Part shown: positions 14,265-28,000 of the stretch, one piece after another
Layout: the number at the start of each line of letters is the position of its first letter
Position numbering within the stretch: position 1 is the stretch's first letter
NCBI GenBank assembly: GCA_012295275.1
Contig: CM022673.1
Coordinates: 3,906,001 to 3,970,000 of the forward strand
Reading direction: 5' to 3'
Source: Chrysomallon squamiferum
Taxonomy: Eukaryota; Animalia; Mollusca
Length of the DNA stretch: 64,000 nucleotides
Notes under the pieces: model-generated
Told to the model about the DNA's origin: nothing
The model's input: the letters and a program-made list of their open reading frames with translations, nothing else
The model's database searches: none
Program-made: the position numbers and the translations under genes

Positions 14265-14342
14265 GGATGGATGGATGGATGGATGGATGGATGGATGGAT
14301 GGATGGATGGATAGATGGATGGGTGAATGGATGGATGGATGG
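14265..14342. repeat. (ATGG)n microsatellite
   Basis: Read directly from the sequence. Confidence 0.95.
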
Positions 14343-16196
14343 AACCATGGTTACCTGTAATAAAGATGAATCCTACATATAGAAAGACTACTGATAAACA
14401 GTCAGATAAGCAGATATATTCACATATGTATGTTTGTATGTATGTGTGTGTGTATGTTTGTGTGTATGTGTATGTTTGTGCATACATGTACTCCATACAC
14501 AGAATACGGACAACGGCTGAAGGAACCTCATAAACAAACACATAATTATTGTATGCGATAAGTTAGATACACGTACACGCAAATGTATAATGTACTGTAA
14601 AGTGAATTTGATTAATCCATGATTTATCTGTGTTGTGGGTTTGTGACATATGTCTAAAACCAAAATACATCAGTTATTTACAATTTCTCTTCGGGGACCT
14701 GTAATATGGCTCATTTAATTTATTAATGTACATGCTAAAAGCAGAAAAAATTTATCCTTGTCTTAGCTGCTTGGCTAGAAAATGTTCAAACACGTTCAAG
14801 GTAACAATACTTATTTAATTTAAAAAATGATATATTTTAGATTTTCAATAGTCACAAATGATAAATGAATGGAAATTTAAATAGTTTAGTGATAATGTTT
14901 GGTTCAGTATAATAACAGTTAGTTTCATGTTCTGTTGACTGCATGAAGTAATAGATTATTCGTATGAAATAGATTCTATGTATTGCAGAATGATAGTGTC
15001 AGATATAATTTGTATTTAGTGAAGAACAATGGGGAAAGAGCAAACGCTGTCCTCATGAAAGTTTTTAAGTTGTGTATGCAGTTATTTCAGCCGACGTTTT
15101 TTAATACTGACGACACATCATAAAGCTTTAAAAAGCATCACAAGATATCTTAAATGTTACGGATATTAAATGGAGATTTGGTAATTCAAAACCATTGCGT
15201 TGCTTGATATTATCCATGTCAGACATATATACTACTAGTAAATTGTTTTTCGTTCGTTCACCTAACATAGCTGTTATGAACGAAAGAATGAACGAATGAA
15301 AAATGAAAGAAAAAGAAAGAAGTAGACAAAATAAAGAAAAAACAATAAATTTATGAAAGAAAAAAGAATGACTTATAACACGTCATATTTTAACGAAACA
15401 TTAATTCACAGTAAATAAATGTACAGTAAATAATTTTTATGATTTATTGGCAAGGAAATATTTGAATAAGACTTGTAACATATACAAATTAAACACATAA
15501 TTATAGAAATGATGTTTATGAAAAAAAAACACCTAAATACTATCATATTTTACAGATACAAATATACATACAGGCAGGCAAGCATGCACGTACACACACA
15601 CACACACACACACGTACACACGTACACACACACACGTACACACACACACGCACACACACACACACACTCACACACACAACTAGGATATCATTTCATCATA
15701 CTGTGGATAAACGAACGTTTCACGAAAGTACATATTTTATTATTAACCCTCTGAAACGTTAACCCTAACCCTGTCACACACAGACGTACCAAACACCTCA
15801 ATAATTTGTCCACGATGAAAATACTTCTTTTTTTTTTTTTTTTTTTTCTTTCACACAACATGCTCCCCAGCACCGCCGAGTAGCGTTCAGTCTAATCATT
15901 GCCAGCCAACGTCCGCTTTTGGAAACTCTCTGACTGTGGCATTAGACAATGGTTTGGAATTCATTCAGCCCGACAGCCCAATCAATACTGCGCGCGCTAA
16001 TTGTAGAATGAATGGCAGAACAATTAAATTAGAGACACTGTCGAGAAGATGGAGTTTTGGCGCAGCTCGGGCGACCAAACAGCCCTTGTGATTATCAGGG
16101 TGTCGTCGTTTTTTGTTTTTAATGCTTTCAGCACTTTCAGTTCACCAGAATTCGGAATCTCAAAAAAGTGCATAGAAACAAAATAGGGGGCCATTG

Positions 16197-16209
16197 AGGG
16201 AGAGAGGGA

Positions 16210-16305
<96 letters not shown>

Positions 16306-16400
16306 TGAAACAAAGAGTGAGTCAGAGAAAGAGATGGAGAGAGAGAGAGAAAGAGATGGAGAAAGAGTGAGTCAGAGAAAGAGATGGAGAGACACAGAAA
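16197..16400. repeat. (GA)n microsatellite and GA-rich short tandem repeat
   Basis: Read directly from the sequence. Confidence 0.9.
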
Positions 16401-16576
16401 GAGTCAGTGTGGATGATAGAAAGACAAATGAAGAGAGAATGAGAAAAATGTTGGATGTATTTTGTTGAATTTTTTGTTTTCTGTTGTTTTTTGTATCGTT
16501 TTATTTTTTGTTTATTTTTCGTTTGGTTTTTTGTGTTCGTTTTTTTTTTTTTTTTTTTTGCTTTTTAGTTTTTGGG

Positions 16577-16678
<102 letters not shown>

Positions 16679-19600
16679 CACTGTTATTAGACTATTTTTC
16701 TAACTCCAAGATTTAAAGTAAACGACATATATTACAAAGATTGAAGAACATGCTCACGACAGTCGAGCTTGTTCCATATGTTTGACATCGACTAGGGAAA
16801 TGTAAATAGTTTAGTGAAGTTTAAAAAACTGAGTGTGGTTAGTAGTATGTATTAAAAATGTGACAGAAAATTTATTTTAAATTCACCTCAACGTTTGACA
16901 TTTTATAGTTAGTGCTGTCTTGGGAAATTTGAAATACAAGGAAAATAATATAATTTCTAATAAATAAATACAAATAATATAAAATTAGTTGTTAAAAGAT
17001 TTTTATATATCAATTTAGTTTATTAAACAATAAAAATATTCTGTTGAATTATACAATAAAATATTATTATTATTATTGTTATTATTATTATTATTATTGT
17101 TATTGTTGTTGTTGTTGTTATCATTATTATTATTATCATCATTATTACCATCATCATCATCATCATTATTATTATTATAATAATAATAATAATAATTATT
17201 ATTATTATTATTATTATTATTAATACTAGTAGTAGTAGCAGTAGTAGTAGTAGTAGTAATAGTTGTATGACTGGCAGAAACGCAACTTGCTAGCATTTTA
17301 ACAATTTTAAGTAAATTAGTAAAGAAAAATGTTTACCATGCCTTTACAAGTGTATTAGTTTGTATCTGTTAAATACAGTTTCATTCTCTGTTTTTCATAT
17401 TTTAAGTACACATTGTTTTCAGAAATACGACAAATCCAGAAATCCGGATCAGCTCCTGTCCCAATAAAGGGTTCGGTTCGATGCCTGTGTATGTAATACT
17501 ACATTTAAAATTATCTGTGTACTAGCGTATTTTATACAACTTGATACACGACCACGATAATATTCACTTCATTATCATAAGATCATTGTCATCAATAATT
17601 TTACATAAATAATATAAATTATCATCATCATCATCATCATCGTTATTATAACCTGTTAAATTAAATTATGCACCGACTCTACCTCTTTTTTCGTCTAAGG
17701 AAGAAGAAAAGGTAATATTAAATTAATTAATTAAAATAAAATATTATAAAATTAAATTAAATTAAATTATTTAAAAATTGAAATTGAATGAATTAAAATA
17801 AATGATTTAAAATTAAATTAATTTAATTTAATTTAATTTAATTTAATTTAATTTTAAATATATATCTGTTAAACTAAATTAAACTAAATTATTTTAAACA
17901 AAATTAAATTAATAATAGCAATTATAAGAAAATAAATAAATAAACATTTTAAATTTTGTTTTAATTATTTTTTGTCCTTAATAAAATGGGGGAAAAACTG
18001 TTGCATTAAGATACTGCCAGAGACAAAAAAGAACAACACTAATAAGAATGATAAAAAAAAATTAAGCAATGATAATAAAAAACGATAGAAGGAAAAGTAA
18101 ACTTAAATAAATAATTAAAAAAAAAAACAGAGAAGAAGAAGAAAAAAGAAAAGAAAAAAAAAGAAAAAGAAAAGAAAAAGAACAAAAGAAAAGAAAAGAA
18201 AAAAGAAAAATGACAGAAATTTCAATGGATGTTAAGGAAAAAACTAACTTCAGTGCAGAAAGGATAACAAAATTGGATCGTAATTTTATTTTTTAAACAA
18301 ACATCATTTAACCATGATCGCATAAACTGCTCTTTATTCATCATACACCGTGTTCAGAAATGCTATTTATTTTATAAATGAAATTAGATTATTTTTTTTT
18401 TTTTCTCTTTTTTTTTTTTTTCTCTACCTTTCTCCCTTTGTCTATCTTTCTCTTTCTCTTTCATTTATCTGCCACTGTACTTATTGAATTAATGTAATCT
18501 CTTTATTCGAGAAATGTGTTTATTCTGTTCGCGGTATGTTGGGTTAATATCAGTGATGAGATTGCGTACCAGTCTAAATGCGATTGCTCGAAAATTGCTC
18601 GATGCTACGCTGTCGCTCCGCAGACGAATTTCGCTATTCGTCCGTCGTTTGGTACGCGGGAAATAAATCAACGGTATTGAAAGCGCTCTCTTTGTCACCT
18701 CCCACTGTTGCAGATCCGACTTTACTTTAAATCGTATTAAAACAAACACAAAAATAATCAAAGAAATAACAAATCGAAGTCCGGAAGTATGTGACAGAAG
18801 TGAGTAAAAGTAATAATGATAATAATAACAATGATGATGATGAAGACATATTTGAAAAGTAATTTATAATTAATCGTCTGCCGAATGAATAATTTTGTTT
18901 CCACTTTTTCAAAGAAAAGTGAGATAATCTCTTGAAAGAGGAAGTAGAATAACAATATAATAAAAATTATTTCACTTGGGAAATAAAACATTATAATCTA
19001 AAGAACTAACAAGAGTGATGTAAGCAAACAGCACGTTACCAGTTTATCTGGATATTTTAAAATTCACATATGAAACCTAATTTAACAGAACATATTAAAA
19101 TATATATCTCAGTAACTAACGTTTAGCTCATTAACACTTTATCTGAACAGTTTTACATTTTAAAGTAAGACATGACATATTCAGGAACATTTATAATTTA
19201 AAAGTAAGACAGGACGTTATCAGGAACATTTATAATTCGTAGACAGTGGATATTACGTTCGTCCGAGTGCAAGTACACTAATGCTGGAAGGGAGCAAGCG
19301 AGAGCAAGTTAATCATTGATGCATCTCAGCGTGATGCTCTGTGAGTACACAACAGAAACAGTGTCGTGCATTATGTATGCAGTAAGAGAAGATAACAAGA
19401 TACACTTGTTAGAAAATATCAGATAACCAACCTGGAACACAAGAGTGTTAGGTCAAACGAATAGCCGTAAATTTGTTATATCATTTTCATTTTTTAGCAC
19501 ACATTATTATTTAGAGAGAAATTAAAACAGGCTGTTAAACATATTTGCTGATTTTTTGCTTAAAAGAACTGTTTTTGTTTTCGCGAACTATTACTTCTAC

Positions 19601-20087
19601 AATTTTTTTTTTTTTTTTTTTTTTTTTAGAAAATTACATTACCATGGCAATGTGACATGCTAATGCTTGCTGAAGTCAGCTATTATTCAAGGATTAACTA
19701 GAAAGGTAGAAGGTGGGGGGAGGATTAGAATAGAAAAAACAGAATAATGTTATATATTTTGTTTTTAAACATGATATGTAAATTTTATTTTATCAGATAG
19801 TTGCATTGTGAAATGGTGTCAGACTATTTTTTGTTTTATCTTCATGAAGTATGTAAGCAAATAAATACTAAAAAATAAAAAATAAATAAAAATATTTAAC
19901 AAATAAATAACTAAACAGATATTAAACATTGACAAATTTAAACAACATTAATTAATTATATTAAGAAAATGAAGAAATTAATAAAGATTAAATGAACAAA
20001 CAAACGAATGCTAATAAAAAAAAGTAGTTAACAGCTTATTTCACTTTCTCTTTCTTTTTTATTTATTATTATTATGTTGTTTTTTTT

Positions 20088-20118
<31 letters not shown>

Positions 20119-20231
20119 CAATAATAATAATTACACAAAACAAATCATACGGACGTTTTATTACTTTTATTATTTTAAACAGTTTCTCATTTAGTTAGGA
20201 ATTTGTGTTATCATCATCATCATCATCATCA

Positions 20232-20266
<35 letters not shown>

Positions 20267-20752
20267 TTTATTTTTATTATTATTATTACTACTACTACTG
20301 CTTCGTAGTAGTAGTAGTAGTTTAAATAGCAGTTTTGATAGCAATTGCAGTATGATTAGAAGAAATATTATCTGGGTTTTTTACTTACCTACTTACTAAT
20401 TACTTAAATGCCGCGAAATTTCATGCCCGTTAATAGTGGATTTTAGCCTAATGTTAGTTATTTAAAAATAACGTGACATTTCTTAAGATCTATCTTGAAC
20501 GGTATTTCGAAAAATATTTTTTAAACAGTATACAATGTAAATAAATACTGGCACACAATATTGTAATATTTACCGGTATAAGTCAAACCGTATTACTTGG
20601 TGTGTGGTTTTATCAATACAATCCATAAACCAGAAATTTCATATCTCCTCTGAGACCGCAGCCAGAATCACTATGGAAATAACTAATATTTTGTTATTCT
20701 TCTTTAATATATATATAATTTATAAGTGTTTGTTAATCTATTTATTTTCGGT

Positions 20753-20791
<39 letters not shown>

Positions 20792-21071
20792 TTTTAATTA
20801 ACACGAAACATTATACTGTGACACTTCGACCGATTTCGTAATCGGCCATTTTGAATCACACTAATTAACAGAATAATGAAAGGGATATCTGCAGCGTTAT
20901 TGACAAGCGTTTTGATATCGCAGCAGTCGTGATTCCTTCTCGCAATGTTTCAACTATAAATTTCATTCACAAAAGTATCTCCATATCATAACAGATATCG
21001 GAGCGGTATCTTAAAACTACGCGCGAAAACGTTAACATTTGCTATAAATGTGGTAGTTTTGTTAGTAAAAA

Positions 21072-21105
<34 letters not shown>

Positions 21106-22706
21106 AAAATGAATAAAATAGCAAATAATATAAATATTGTATGAAGAAGAAGAAGAAGAAGAAGAAGAAGAAGAAGAAAAATAAGAATAATAAGAACAAC
21201 AACAATAATAAAGAAAAGAAATATAAATGAATAATTTATTGCAACATTTAAAAAAATATATATATATATTCTTCATATAGTTTCCTTGTTATAAGAATTA
21301 TAAAATAATAATAAATAAATAAATGATTATTTTTAACATATCAATAAACTCATAACATTTATTTATTTCCGTTTATTGTCTTATTTGTTTGTGTATTTGA
21401 TTACTGGCTTGATTATGTTTCTGCTTTGGTTTCATATATACATATATATATATAAATTTTCAAACTTCAACCTTCTTCACAACAAATCCATAAATGATTA
21501 ACCATGACTTTGACCTTGTGTCAACGTCCTCTTTTTTTTTTTCATTTACATGACATGCACGCGGCATGCAGACACCCGCGCATGCCGGGAGATGTAATTT
21601 TCACATTAACGTGCGCTGTATTCTCTCAAACTCGTCCCTGACAGAGATAAGCCGGACTTCTTCCTTCCATCATTTCCAGTAGATTCTGGGTGCGCAGAGA
21701 CTTCCGCCGGGCGTGCTGCGTCATACACTCATCTGATTAATTTGCTAAAAGGGTTATTTACCGAGACTGGGAAGCTCTCCTGTCTCTGGACGCCAGTGAA
21801 ACCGCTAATCGTTCCGTCCACCGGCTCGGATCTGAGAAGACTTGCGACAGTATCGGCAGCGAGTTATCACATCATTCTCTTTTGTGAAAGTCGTAATTTA
21901 ATAATTAGTCGGAGAAATTCAAAGAGGTTTTGAAGCTTATATAGCTGAAGGTCACGTTCCAAATTGAGTTCGTTTGACAAACGCGCAAAAATGAAAGAAG
22001 AAAAAGCTGGGAGAAAAAAAAAAAAAAAAAAAAAAAAAAACTTCAAGAACATGACAAAGAGGAATGAAATGAAAGAGTTAATAATATTTTTTTTTTAAAT
22101 TTAAAATGTAAAAAAACAACAGTCAACCTTTGAGTCTTTGCTGCCTTAAAGGTTAATTTTACTAACGGGAACAATAGTATTTAATATATATATATATTTA
22201 ATTTTCTTTAAAAGATTTTTTGTGTTTTGAGTGAAGTATAGATTCTTTGTGTTTTATAAATCCATACAAAAACGTCATCAGTTTTTCCATTCCAGACTGT
22301 TTGTGTTTTGTCTGTGACTTTTTACGTGTAACCTTTGTGTTTTGTCTGTGAATTCTATACGTATTTTTTCGTATTTTTCTTCAGTATAAAATAACGGTAA
22401 CATTTCTTCATGTTTTTTATTGTCTTCAACCTTTCTTGTTTGTGTCTGCGTATTTTTATTGTAAATCTGCACTCATAACTATTAGTCATATATGTATCTG
22501 TCGGTTTGTGTATAGTGTTATATGCAAACGTCGTTTCTTTATAGTTTGTGTAAATGTTTAATGAAATATATGACAATGCAGAACAAATTGTTGAAGTCAT
22601 ACAGGTATATATTTTAATCTAGGTAGGGAAAAATCGCATTAAATAATAATAATAATAATAACAGTAATAAGATTATTATTAATAATAATAATAATAAATT
22701 AATAAA

Positions 22707-22751
<45 letters not shown>

Positions 22752-24008
22752 TATAAACAAACAAACAAATATAAGGCATATAAATTATTAAATTTATCTG
22801 GAACAAAATACATCTTGATATATATATATAACAAAACTACAAATACAGACATTAAAAACAGGATAAAAACATGATAACTGTTATTTTTTGCCTAATAATT
22901 AAAAACATCAATGAAAACGTAAATGTATTTCGACACAATTGTTGTTCGTATATTTTATGTATATAGATCTCTTGCGTTCTGCTAGTCTGCGCATGCGCGT
23001 GCGTGTTTCGTACTAATTAACTGCACTGAATAACTTTAACTTATTGTTATTGTGCGAGTAACGCATTATCTAAATATTGATTTGCGATATCTTTATAAAA
23101 TTTTATTTCGCTTTCTCTAACATCAACAAAAAAACGATTACATAAAGGATTTTATCACATGCAGAGTATCAAAATAAGATTATTCAAAAGCTATACATCC
23201 TGATTAAATTAATTAGATACTGCCTCAACCAGACCGCAAGCTGTATGCAAAATTAATATATAGTCTACAATGAAAAACAAACAATTGATTTTCATTTATC
23301 GAGACTTCCTTTTTGATTTTGAACACATTTTACCGCAATTTATCAAGTATATGTAATTTAAATAGTGGACTAAAAAATTTTTTTTTTTTTTTTTTTTATT
23401 GATTTGTAATAAAGAGAAAAAATACATTATTGCTGAATATGTTTTGTACTTCATAGTAACTTGATTCAGTAATAGCTTATTTTTTTTCTGAATTCTAATT
23501 CGTTTAAATTCTTGGGACCAAATTTTAATTATTTATTTTTCTTCTTCTTTGGCTTTCCCGTTTATTGTCTTCCTTTTTTAAAAATATAATTTATTGTTGT
23601 TAATATTATTATTTTTTTTTTTTTTTAGTAAATATCAAATGTTTTTTGTTTTGTTTGGTTCTTTTTTTTTTTGGGGGGTTTTTGTTTTTTTAAATCATTT
23701 TTTATTCTTTCGTTTTCATATTTCTTTCATTTTTCTCCTTTTTATTTTTTTTTTTAGGTTTTTTAGTAGATCTACATATTGCTTTCACATTTCATTTTTT
23801 GTTCATGTTCTCTGTTCAAAAGGTCAACTAATAATCTTAATTTTAATAAGAAAATTGGTTGAGCACATTAGTGTCGATAATTTGGTATTATTTTTTACTG
23901 CGCGTAATTTATACTAGTAACTGCTTTAAAGAGAATTTCAAATTCGTTTTAAAAGAAATTATTTTTGAAAATCATATTATTAATCTAAATCAACATTTTC
24001 TGATTTTA

Positions 24009-24041
<33 letters not shown>

Positions 24042-24190
24042 GTTATTGCGAAAAAAAGCAAGTATTTATTTTGCACTGTGCACGCTACATTTAGCCTTAT
24101 TTTGAGGTGTCTGCATAGTAAAAAAAGTTTTTGTTCTTCCGATTATTTTAATTCTTATTTCGATCAAGTACATTTTTTATTAATACTATT

Positions 24191-24227
<37 letters not shown>

Positions 24228-24754
24228 TTAGAAGCGATTTGATTTATTTTTCTTTTCTTAGTTATAATTTATAGTATCTTTTTGTCAAATACATCACTAT
24301 TTCTTTGGTTATTATTATTATTATAGGTATTATTTTTATCCCTCGCTCAATCTTTCAGTCCTCTAAATTTCGTCTTCCATCTCTTTTGAATCCATACTGC
24401 TTCGAGCCACAAAAAAACAAAAAAAAAAAACCCAAAAACCAGGTCGTGTTTTTTTTCTTCTTTTCTTGTATTTAATATTCGTTGAAGATCCTTTGACAAA
24501 TGAATTTTTAAATTTGTTTTATTACAATTTCCTTTTTCTTAAGTGAATTGTTATCACAAAGACATTCGCGAATAACAGCTTTGAACTTTTCGTTCCATGG
24601 GAGATATTTCATTGACTTAACACGTTTTACAACGCTGCATTTTGTCAAATGTGATCGTTAATCTGTAATTTGTTTTAAATGTAATTCACACCGTCCATTA
24701 ACAATACAGTAAAAAGAAAGAAAACTGGATAAACAAACATACAGACAGCCACAA

Positions 24755-24797
<43 letters not shown>

Positions 24798-24964
24798 CTT
24801 ATTAATAGCAGAACAGTAATAACACTGCTCCTTTATCGATTTTTTTTGTTACTATACACATGCACACTTATCACATGCACTGATGCACCTAAAACAGTTA
24901 TCTGATACTCTTGATTTTAGCTCAGTTGAGTGCTTTATATTCAGTTGCAGAATAATAATAATAG

Positions 24965-25023
<59 letters not shown>

Positions 25024-28000
25024 GACACGATACTCGTTAAAAAGTTAATCTGGGGATTATTTTAAAACTATTTCTATTTTTCTTCTGTATAACAAAAAAC
25101 ATTGTTTAATTAGATTAAGGAACAAAATTTATTGTAAATAAACATTCATATTTTCGATCATTTTCCGTTCGAAGGGAAATAAATGTGTTCGGAACAGATA
25201 CGCAAAGTCTATAGTTGCCGAGTTTTATTTGACCTCGTAAAACGATTACCTGAAAATAATTCTAATTACGTGACGTTTATAATAAAGATCATTAATTAAT
25301 TAGATATTCGGTTTTTTATCTAAAATTTATGACAGGAAATCTGTTGTCACCATTCTAAATGGTCTATGTTCTGCTGTAAGGATAAAAGGTGTTTTAGATA
25401 AAGAAAATAATAATCTTTAAAACACTTGTTATATGATACAGTTTTGATGTAGAAGAACCAAAAAGACTTGATTCAGTGAATCTTGCTGCAGAGGAAAGGT
25501 TTTCATTGTCCACTTTCCAAAAATACAAATAATATATCGTTTGGCTGTTGTTGTTGTTTTTGATTTGTTTTGGTTTGTTTTTTATTTAATTTTTTTTTTT
25601 TTTTTTTTTAATTTAATTTTTTTTTTTTTTTTTTTTTATCATACTGAATGAAAATTTACAGACTGTTAAATGAATAAATGAATTAGTTAATTAACTAACA
25701 AATGAATCCTTAATTTTTTTGGGAGGGAGAAAGTCTTGTTTTTATTATTATTATTATTATTATTATATTGGTTGTTGTTGTATTGTATGAGGGTTTTTCT
25801 CTTTTTTATTTGTATTGTTTATTTCATTTTTTTTTTTTTCACAATTAGGGTTAGTAATGAGACTGGTTATGAGCTAATCATGTTAAACATAAAAATCGTA
25901 TATATCTAACATTTTAATTTAACAGTGAAAAAAAAAAAATAATAATAATAAAAAATACAAAGAAAAACTCAAAATCACCAGTAATTCTTGTTAGTTTTTA
26001 TTTAATAATTAGCAAATATCACAGATTTATTGCAAAGCAGAAATAAGAAATAAAAGTAAGAGGGTGGCATGGAGAATGGACATATATACAATTTCAATAT
26101 TTATTTGCTTATAAAAACTTACCATGATAACTTGAGCTGTCATTAAAAAATAACTGTATTAACATTTCTGCAATTCAGGCATTGTTATAGGTAGATTATA
26201 AAGACTCCAATGTTTGTTTGTATGCAAACTTATTTTACAATTAAAATATAAATTTGCATTAACTAAAAGGTAAAATTGCATATAAATATCAATCTGGTAT
26301 GCTAGTAGATGGCTCAAACTAAACAGATGGACATTTTTGGCAGATTCTGCAGTTTACAAATATTTGGCATGGAAATATTTTAAAACAGAACAGAAAAAGA
26401 AAACAGTATTTTTAACAATTATTTTTTTTTTAGTTATTTTAATCTTATTAAATGTAAAGATTAAATTTTTAACTGAAAGGTCATGATAATTTCAAAATAA
26501 TAACAATTTAAAAATTAATGCCAAATTGAAGAGCACTGAAGAAAATCTGAATTTTAATGTTTTTTTAAAAATTATTTACACAATATATTTATATATATAT
26601 ATATATATATAATCATAACAAAAAAAAAAATTGGATAATTAAGGAATTTATAATACATATTTATTTACATACAAATAAAAGTCAAGTTATAAAAAATAGA
26701 GAAATAATTAAAGAACAAAAAACAAAAACATATTGCAAAAATAATTCTTGTGTATGTTGTGTGAATATACAGAAAATGAATATTAATTATAATTAATAAA
26801 AAAAAAATACATAAAGTAATTAATTTAAAAATGAAAACCCACAGTATTAGGACATTTAAGATTTATATATCACAGTTTTACACAAAGCACGGCCATAATT
26901 ACAACCAAAGAAATCCCACTGCACCAAGAGAATTTTTTTTCTTTTTTTAACTCTTTGTTTTCTTTATTTCTTATTTCTATTTTTTTATTTCTTTTTCAGA
27001 GCTGAGAAGGAAGAACATGGTTACAAACAAATGAACAAAAAATTCTGGACAAAATGGCCTGCAATTTTAGCAGTAGTATTTCTTGAAACTGTATATAAAA
27101 AATATCACTAACACATTTATAACATTATGCAGAAATAATAGATTTAAACAACATAATTATTTTTCCATTTAGTTTTTCTTTTTTTCTTTCAAAATATAAC
27201 AGAAAAAAAGAAAAAAGAAAGTAAACTGAAGTGAAGCTGTAACTGAATGAAGCAATGAACTAAATAATAATAATAATAATAATAAATAAGAAGCCAATGG
27301 ACAAGAATAGCCATGTAGTCAAATCTGAATTTAAGAAGCAATCAACTTGTATTGTGATAATTATTTAGAATCTATTAAGCCATTATTTTTTTGTATGGTA
27401 ATCACCATCTAGATTTAGAAATAAATAAAAAGCCTTATGCTTTTGTTAATTTATCATTTTCCTGTATCAAAATGAAAGGAATGGTCATCAGTTTGTGAAC
27501 AGAGTTAATGATTCATTATGAATCATTTTCTGCTTAAAAAACCCACTAAATATCTTTACTGAAACTATATCTCTGCTGTAACTACATTATTTATAGAAAT
27601 GGAAAAGCTAAATGCATCTGTTTCTCTATTGCATGTCAACTATTATTTTTAATTATTCTATTACAAATTACTACTGTCCTTGGCAGTTGATGTTCTACAA
27701 ATAGTTTTACATCTGAAAATAGGAAATACCAGTTCTCTAACATACAGAATACGATGTGGAATATTTGTTACAAAACTATTTAAAATCAAAGCAAATTATT
27801 ATGAATGCTAATAAACATAAGTATGTTAATTTATAATTAACTTAAATATAAAAAATAAAAACAAACATTCCTTAGTAAACTCAATATTGTGATGAAAATT
27901 GCAAAACAAAAGCACCTCAGCTGCCAATAAACTTGGAATGCATTTTTAAAATAAGTTGCTGTTTGTTAAACAAAGATGGTGCATTCTGTAACATTTATTT

